Positions 1-5,835 of a stretch of 8,086 nucleotides of DNA are shown in pieces. How positions within the stretch are numbered: the stretch's first letter is position 1; each line of letters opens with the position of its first letter. The notes below the pieces were generated by a model. It worked only from the letters and a program-made list of their open reading frames with translations, had not been told where the DNA came from and ran no database searches. The DNA comes from Amoeboradix gromovi X-113 (Eukaryota > Fungi > Sanchytriomycota), in the NCBI GenBank assembly GCA_018985225.1, contig JADGIF010000468.1, forward strand, positions 1-8,086. Direction: 5' to 3'. A program made the position numbers and the translations under genes.

Positions 1-189
1 TTATCTATTCTAGTTTTTACAGAGTAGTAGTGATATTTTATTTGAAATAAAGATTGGATGAAAGAGTAAGAGAATAGATCTACAGAATATTTATTTTCCT
101 TTTATACTCGTCAACTCCGCAACTAGCTGAATGTCCACTCGCCTCTTGAATAATGTTCCAAGTTGTTACAGAAAGTTAGTCCAGTTTTT

Positions 190-690
190 ATATTTAATGT
201 CCCAAGTGTAAAAACTGCCATTTAAAAGTTAAAAGAGACAATAGCTAGGAAGATATACATCAAATATGTGTCATTATTCAATCCGCTTCAATGTAGTGAA
301 AGCGTGAGCAATCACTTTGAAGGACAAATTAATTTCTCGGAAATCGCATTTTTTAACGAGGAGCGACAACGATATCTACCGCTGGCGTGAAAGTGAAAAA
401 GACAAAAAATAAACAACTCTCAATATCATAGGACTTCTTTTTATTCGTGCTGCTATTTTGTCACCATTCAACACTTTGCAGATCTACGACTTGAGCAATT
501 TTTTCGCATCAGAATATGCGAAATGAAAAGAACTCAAAGTTCATTAGAGTTGCGACCATTCAAAAACAACATGATATGTCCAACACTTGTAGCAGCTGCA
601 AGTGTTATGAAAGGATTCAATCGTTGCGTCAATTGTCAGCAATGCGGTCACCAAGACCATAGAGATATCAATCCAGGTACTTCAAAATAA
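190..690 (+). pseudogene. Degenerate Fanzor/TnpB-family (Fanzor2/IS607-TnpB-like) RNA-guided nuclease, C-terminal RuvC and zinc-finger region, with frameshifts and stops
   Basis: Manual translation gives motifs in the expected order. Frame 1, 199-216: VPSVKT (GTC CCA AGT, each altered codon one base from DPGVKT, RuvC-I). Frame 1, 397-417: KRQKINN (bridge-helix-like). Frame 2, 452-484: AILSPFNTLQI (resembles Fanzor ILLPxFxTxxM). Frame 3, 567-599: QHDMSNTCSSC (each differing codon one base from EHYTSKTCSxC). Frame 1, 634-672: CQQCGHQDHRDIN (CxxCGxxx[D/H]RDxN, zinc finger plus RuvC-III). In-frame stops at 223, 388 and 394. The 5' boundary is unknown. Confidence 0.68.
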
Positions 691-720
691 TGTAGGCAAG
701 AACATGCTCAAATGCTATCT

Positions 721-776
721 CCCCAAGTTGTCTACACTTGACAAGTGTGGGGTTTGAAATCTTCTTGATTTTCGAA
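721..776 (+). ncRNA. Two adjacent hairpins just downstream of the Fanzor/TnpB remnant; candidate omegaRNA scaffold remnant
   Basis: Hairpin 1: CCCCA(721-725)/TGGGG(748-752) enclosing TTGTC(728-732)/GACAA(740-744). Hairpin 2: TTTGAAATC(753-761)/GATTTTCGAA(767-776), with one bulge and one G-U pair. The position 3' of the nuclease ORF fits TnpB/Fanzor omegaRNAs. Identity as an omegaRNA is inference. Confidence 0.3.
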
Positions 777-1705
777 TTCTTCACATTTAACGTAGGCGCC
801 ACATACGCAGCAAAAATGGGACAATTTAGAATCGCTCAAGGACCTGCATAAGAGTACTAGAAGGAACGGCTTAAACAAGCAAGGCAACATTACTGACAAT
901 GTTGCGAACTTCCAACAAATGGGCGCTCTTTAATTTATAAAATACGAACTTATCTTTACTTCATCAAGTGATTGTGAACATGTCTGCAAAACAAACCTTT
1001 CAAAGATCAAGAGTAGACACTAATAAATGGCATTTCCGCAAAAAAGCATCTTAGTCTTTTGATTGCGCTACAGTGGGCATAATTTTCTGCGGAAGAGGAT
1101 ATTTAGATGCAGTTTCGCAGTTTATAAATGGTTGCACTATTTGAGCCAGCATATCTGCATGTTCTCCTTTGATATCCTGAACTTTTTCACCTGACTTTGG
1201 AAGATCCCGACTGATCGTGGTCATCGTCTGATTTGGTTTGAATATTTACAAATTTCTAATAAATCTCATATGGGACCCAATTTCAGAAAATGTCACCAAC
1301 TTTAAGTCAGAGGACCTGGAAAGATGCGCAGTCCTGTAGTATGCAATTAAGCCTTTTCTCAGTGAGAAAATGCACTGGCAATATCTCTTTCAAAATAGCT
1401 TGGCTGATTAGCAATTAGCACATGTTGCAATATCTCAGCCGATAACCATTTTCATATTGTGTCTTGATGTTTGTAACTTCGTCTTGTTCATAAACAAGGC
1501 AACATCTGGATGTCTTTCGTTCGTATCTGATCTCAGGAAGATGTCGGGTTCCTAGTGTTGTTTTTAAGTGTTCCTCCTTCTTGTAAATGAGGATATTCTG
1601 TCAGAATGGTCTGATTTATTGAATTAAAACCATGTTTACGTTTATAAAACAATGCTCTTAGAAATTTATCATACTACCGCCTTTCCAAAATAGGCCAGAA
1701 ACGAG

Positions 1706-2491
1706 ATGCTCGGATTTATTCCAATTGGATCAGTTTTAACATTTTGGTTTGGATTCCTTATTTTTACTCTATTTACGTTTAAAATTGGATCATTCACGTA
1801 CTGGCATCCATATCCGAAGGCTGCATTTCATATTCAATTAACAGGAGCTGTCAAGACTGACCTTCCAGCTAAAGTATATATTTTAGATGGATTAACAACA
1901 CCGAAGGATGTTATTGATACGTTGCATGCAGCCAAAAAAACAGTTATCTGTCAAATTAGTATTGGAACTGTTAAAAAGGGAACGGTGGATTACCAGGTGT
2001 TGACTGAGAAAATGATCGGACTTGAGTCACCTAGCGGTTCATATTATGCTGATATTAGATCTACAACGGTTATGATGGTAATGGAAAATAGATTAGATGA
2101 AATGGCAGCTAAAAATTGTGATGCTGTAGATGCTACTGATGTAGAGTCATGGAAGTTGGATACTGGATATCCGATCGGAAAAGAAGATCAACTCAGATAC
2201 AACATCTGGATGTCCAACAAAGCTCATGAGAAAGGGTTGTCCATCGGATTACATGGCGATGAGGATCAGATAGTCGATCTAGTCGATTTCTTTGATTTTG
2301 CTGTAAATTATGAGTGTTACACAAAAAATGAGTGTGAAAAGTATTTCCCATTCATTGACAGTAGCAAGGCAGCATTTATCGTCGAGTATAAAGCCTCAAA
2401 AGATGATGTATGTCCGTACGCTAATGAAATGGAATTATCTGTGGATCTTAAAACTTCTTCAATGGGTCCAGAATACCAAGCTTGTCAATAA
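1706..2491 (+). CDS. Glycoside hydrolase family 114 (endo-alpha-1,4-polygalactosaminidase/Ega3-like) protein with N-terminal membrane anchor; possibly catalytically inactive
   Basis: 261 aa, hydrophobic segment ~aa 9-25. GH114-type motifs: W.P....F.IQL.G, VY.LD, TVIC.IS.G, DIRS, M..RLD....K.CD.VD, TGY.I..EDQL.YN, AH.KGLSIGL, QI..LV..FDFAVN, EC....PFI...K..F.VEY. Confidence 0.88.
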   Translation: MLGFIPIGSVLTFWFGFLIFTLFTFKIGSFTYWHPYPKAAFHIQLTGAVKTDLPAKVYILDGLTTPKDVIDTLHAAKKTVICQISIGTVKKGTVDYQVLTEKMIGLESPSGSYYADIRSTTVMMVMENRLDEMAAKNCDAVDATDVESWKLDTGYPIGKEDQLRYNIWMSNKAHEKGLSIGLHGDEDQIVDLVDFFDFAVNYECYTKNECEKYFPFIDSSKAAFIVEYKASKDDVCPYANEMELSVDLKTSSMGPEYQACQ

Positions 2492-3121
2492 AATTTTGAA
2501 GTGATTTATTGCTGTCATTAACTAGTCTTGGTATGATCTTTTTTTGGTATTTATGGAAGTACTGCATTCATGTAGAGCAGGGTATTGAATATATTTATAA
2601 TCTGCCATTTTAGCTCTTATTTTCATGTTCCTCAATAAAGTCGCCTGTCTCTTGTCATCTACTGACACTGTTGGTTTATCTCCTAAATTAATTCTTTTGT
2701 TTCCGAGCATCAAACAAAAGTATGATTGTTTCACCCTGACAAATGTGACATTCGCTCTGAAAGTCCACCGAGGGCACAAGTAAGTGAAAGTATACTAAAT
2801 TTTATACTAAACATCAGTATGTAGTGTCAGATGCAGTTGTGGGTCCAGGTGTCAATACCTGTGACTGCCTCTTCAACTTTTAGAAATTATATCAAGAAAT
2901 GTCAAGAGAAAGGATTGAAAGAGTTGCCACGTGAAGCAGAGATGACAAAAATACCGGCATACACTATATTAGTCCTACTCTTCGAGATGTTGCTCTAGAA
3001 CCTGTCTATCTTTGTTAAGTACGGCACAAACAAACTTGTCGTGGATTCGATTGTTCTTTTATTAACATGCTTTACAAAGTCAATGGTTTATTATGAGATG
3101 TAAAATAATAAAAAGTTTTAC

Positions 3122-4411
3122 TTATTCAAGTTGAAATTTTATAAATCTTTCTACAACACTCTGCCTGGCTCTTCGCCTCATTTCCAGCTTGTCGTTTGTT
3201 GATATCTCGAACAAGAGTGAGTATATTATATTGGAATACTCATCTTCTGTTGACGCCAGATATCCAATACCTGGTCTAACTATGTCCATTTTTGGTCCTC
3301 CACTGTTGTTTGCTACAACCAAGCATCCGCTAAACATGTATTCAATTATTCCTATTCCAAAATGCTCATTATGCATTGTATGTAAACCTATGTCTGATTT
3401 GCTTAATATATGAACCAACACTGTATGAGGTGCATTTACTAAAAATGTGACATATTTGTCCATTTCCAAGTCTAAAACAAGTGCCTTGAGTTCTTCAACT
3501 CTCTTTAGGTCTTGACGATTTCTAGCACCTCCAATTAGTGTCAAATGTGGAAAAAAGATTAGATGATTTTTTCTTGCTTTTAATATGACTTTATGAAATG
3601 AACGAATTTGCAAAGAATGATTCTTCTCAGGCCGAAATTGACCCACGCTAGTTATGTCATATCCACTTCGAGCCAGTGGAATTTTTAACAACTCAGTGGA
3701 TTGGCACGGGGGATAAACTATTCTGCTGTTGACACCCCATAACGAATCAATGTGCTGCTTAGTCCAAGACGAATTAACGTAGATTTTAGATGGAACTTTA
3801 CCACATTGCGAGTACCAGTTGGCATACCATTTATAATACCACAATTTAAAAACACTTATAAAAGGTATTTTGGCCACCAGGTTGCTGTTGTTAAAAGAAC
3901 TTTTTTTAGACGATACAAAAGATATCATATCAGTGCTTATTGTTGGGTAATGAACGTAGCATATAACATTAACATCGTAGAGCTTAGCTAATTTATAACC
4001 AAAGGCAAGACCAGTGGTGTCAATAAAGACAGATGGTAAGTAGAGTTGTTCACAACAATCACCAACAAAAATAATGCTTCCGAAAGCCTGACCTAAGAGC
4101 GTTAACAAGGGATACCTGCTACTATCGAAGTAGTCTCTATTAATAACAACAAATTTGATGTCTCTTGTCAACTTAATGTTAAATCTCTCCTGGGCGTCCT
4201 TGAGAATCGACCTTTGCTTTGATGTACAATAAACAATTACATTTGAGTCCAAACCTGATATCCAAGTCCACAAAACCAGCTCGCCTCCACCCATTGCGTC
4301 CGGATACGGATGTAAAAATCCAACAGTATTCTCCAATACTCTTTTCTTTTTATGGGTATACGCTTTGATATAAGCAACAACCATAAAGAAGAAGCTTGAA
4401 ACCAGAGACAT
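3122..4411 (-). CDS. ALG11: GDP-Man:Man3GlcNAc2-PP-dolichol alpha-1,2-mannosyltransferase (GT4)
   Basis: Motifs FLHPY....GGGE.VLW, FIDTTGLAF, YVHYPTISTDM, NSSWT..HI..LW, SVGQFRPEKNH.LQ, the EX7E motif in HTMHNEHFGIGIIEYM, and NSGGPK.DIV. The ORF-track start at 4462 is TTG; the first ATG at 4411 gives 429 aa beginning with a hydrophobic anchor (MSLVSSFFFMVVAYI). Confidence 0.95.
   Translation of the reverse strand: MSLVSSFFFMVVAYIKAYTHKKKRVLENTVGFLHPYPDAMGGGELVLWTWISGLDSNVIVYCTSKQRSILKDAQERFNIKLTRDIKFVVINRDYFDSSRYPLLTLLGQAFGSIIFVGDCCEQLYLPSVFIDTTGLAFGYKLAKLYDVNVICYVHYPTISTDMISFVSSKKSSFNNSNLVAKIPFISVFKLWYYKWYANWYSQCGKVPSKIYVNSSWTKQHIDSLWGVNSRIVYPPCQSTELLKIPLARSGYDITSVGQFRPEKNHSLQIRSFHKVILKARKNHLIFFPHLTLIGGARNRQDLKRVEELKALVLDLEMDKYVTFLVNAPHTVLVHILSKSDIGLHTMHNEHFGIGIIEYMFSGCLVVANNSGGPKMDIVRPGIGYLASTEDEYSNIIYSLLFEISTNDKLEMRRRARQSVVERFIKFQLE
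4043..4119 (+). repeat. First copy of the 77-bp direct repeat, within ALG11
   Basis: Identical to 8010..8086. Confidence 0.97.
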
Positions 4412-4552
4412 TTGAAGCAGGGAGGTATCATTAGGAATTGAGTTTTGACGATTTAGGTTCAATACTGCAGATTTGAGGCGTATGGATCTTTGAATCTAAC
4501 CGGTTGCAGTTTTGAAAAGTAAAAGCGTTAAAAGCATAAATTTGGTAATTTT

Positions 4553-5671
4553 TTACTTAGAAGACTCAGAGAGTAACAAATGTTTTCTTCTTTTAGGCTG
4601 GTTAAAATAGCCTATGCTCCATGGGCCTTCGCTGGCGTGAGAGTAAAAGTCCATAGGATATTCGTTAATTTTGAATGTATTGCCAAGTACCATATACGCC
4701 TCGTAAGTATTAAGCAATGGTATCACACTTTCATGTGCCCAGTCTATAGACAATCTGGGGCAGCTAATCTGAACAAAAGCATCGATCTCGCATTTCAAGA
4801 GCTCGTTCAAATTTATTTCACTCATTAAGAACAGTTGAGTAGATATTCCCTTTTCTAGGCATTTTCTTCTTAATTCGTCTACGACATGTGGGTTTCCTTG
4901 CCTTCCTAATGTTCCTTGAATAATTCCCCATTTCTTAGCCTTCGATGCCTTTATCATCGCAAATTCTCTCATCTTCTTCATTTTTTCCATTTCATATACT
5001 TCGTGAGTTATAAGTAGAGTGAATGGATCATACCTATAGAATGTCAATAATGGATTCTGGATCATTACACTCTCGAGATGAAAACGACCGTCAGATATAA
5101 AAATGACAGTGCAATTATCCAATCTAGGACTAGTGCAGCCAAGAACCTCACCTTTCGAAAGCGGTCTGCTTTGAGGAAGTATAACATCATATCCTGCTTC
5201 AGATAACTTGGTATGGGCCGCATGAACTGCTGTCAAAAACTGGACTGTACCCATTAGTGCATATTGCTTATCATTGTTAAAGTTAGCTAGGATGCTTGAT
5301 ACTAAGTGGTCGCTGTCAATATTGATGGTAACGAATACGTATAACACCTTGCAAACTGTGTCTTGAATTGGAACTAAGCAAGAATGGCCATAGTGAATTA
5401 GCAAATCGGCGCCAATCTCTTTCGCTTTCACATCCTCTATGCAGCATGCACCATATGTCACATCACCAAGCACACAACATTCAGCTTTCGTAAAATCTTC
5501 AATTATTTGGCAGATTGTTTGTGCATATATCAATAGCCCTTCCGGAAATTGCAAAACTACCCTGTTAAACTTATTTTTGGACACATGGCTAATAGTCTTC
5601 AATAATTCAAAGTTATAGTGCTGAGGGAGTGCCAACAATGCGGATTGCAACTTATCAAAATTTAACTCCAT
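4553..5671 (-). CDS. DPH1: Diphthamide biosynthesis protein 1 (2-(3-amino-3-carboxypropyl)histidine synthase subunit 1)
   Basis: 372 aa. Motifs LP.HYNFE..KTI, LQFPEGLL, GDVTYGACC..D, HYGHSCLVP, GEVLGCTSP, DGRFHLES.MI.NP, GTLGRQGN, VQISCPRLSIDW, YPMDFY. All three Fe-S cysteine motifs are present, indicating Dph1 rather than Dph2. Confidence 0.96.
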   Translation of the reverse strand: MELNFDKLQSALLALPQHYNFELLKTISHVSKNKFNRVVLQFPEGLLIYAQTICQIIEDFTKAECCVLGDVTYGACCIEDVKAKEIGADLLIHYGHSCLVPIQDTVCKVLYVFVTINIDSDHLVSSILANFNNDKQYALMGTVQFLTAVHAAHTKLSEAGYDVILPQSRPLSKGEVLGCTSPRLDNCTVIFISDGRFHLESVMIQNPLLTFYRYDPFTLLITHEVYEMEKMKKMREFAMIKASKAKKWGIIQGTLGRQGNPHVVDELRRKCLEKGISTQLFLMSEINLNELLKCEIDAFVQISCPRLSIDWAHESVIPLLNTYEAYMVLGNTFKINEYPMDFYSHASEGPWSIGYFNQPKRRKHLLLSESSK

Positions 5672-5810
5672 GATATCCCCATGATTAGTCCTCTAAAATA
5701 AATTACAATCGCACTCAGCAAGTCTCCAGTAAGCTCGTTTTCACATTAAAATTCCGTTTAGTTTAAGCTCAGCATATAAAGAATTCTACTTGAGTAAAAA
5801 GGTATAAAAA

Positions 5811-5816
5811 TTTATT
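5811..5816 (-). terminator. Possible polyadenylation signal for the transporter-pyruvyltransferase gene
   Basis: AATAAA on the minus strand about 20 nt after the stop, followed by a T run. A similar AATAAA plus T run overlaps the GH114 stop at 2487-2492 (+). Weak evidence in AT-rich DNA. Confidence 0.3.
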
Positions 5817-5835
5817 CAGTCAGCTCAAAGATCTC

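Noticed and set aside
1051-1620. Minus-strand open stretches of about 57-61 codons (e.g. MTTISRDLPK...SKD) and possible 20-22 nt GT..AG micro-introns ending AAATCAG
   Set aside because: Splicing the candidate introns leads to early stops and no protein family is recognisable. It may be decayed coding DNA, but that cannot be supported.
1723-1792. AATTGGATCA repeated 60 nt apart (IGS...W twice) at the GH114 N-terminus
   Set aside because: Only 10 bp in AT-rich coding DNA, with no further periodicity.
2522-2779. 85-aa minus-strand ORF
   Set aside because: Non-ATG start and no recognisable motif.
2780-2817. Intron-like GTAAGT...TACTAA...CAG as part of a coding gene
   Set aside because: Joining the flanks gives no extended ATG-initiated frame. 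Kept only as a possible UTR intron.
4412-4462. 17-codon N-terminal extension of ALG11 in the ORF track
   Set aside because: It starts at TTG. In a eukaryotic gene the ATG at 4411, directly before the hydrophobic anchor, is more plausible.
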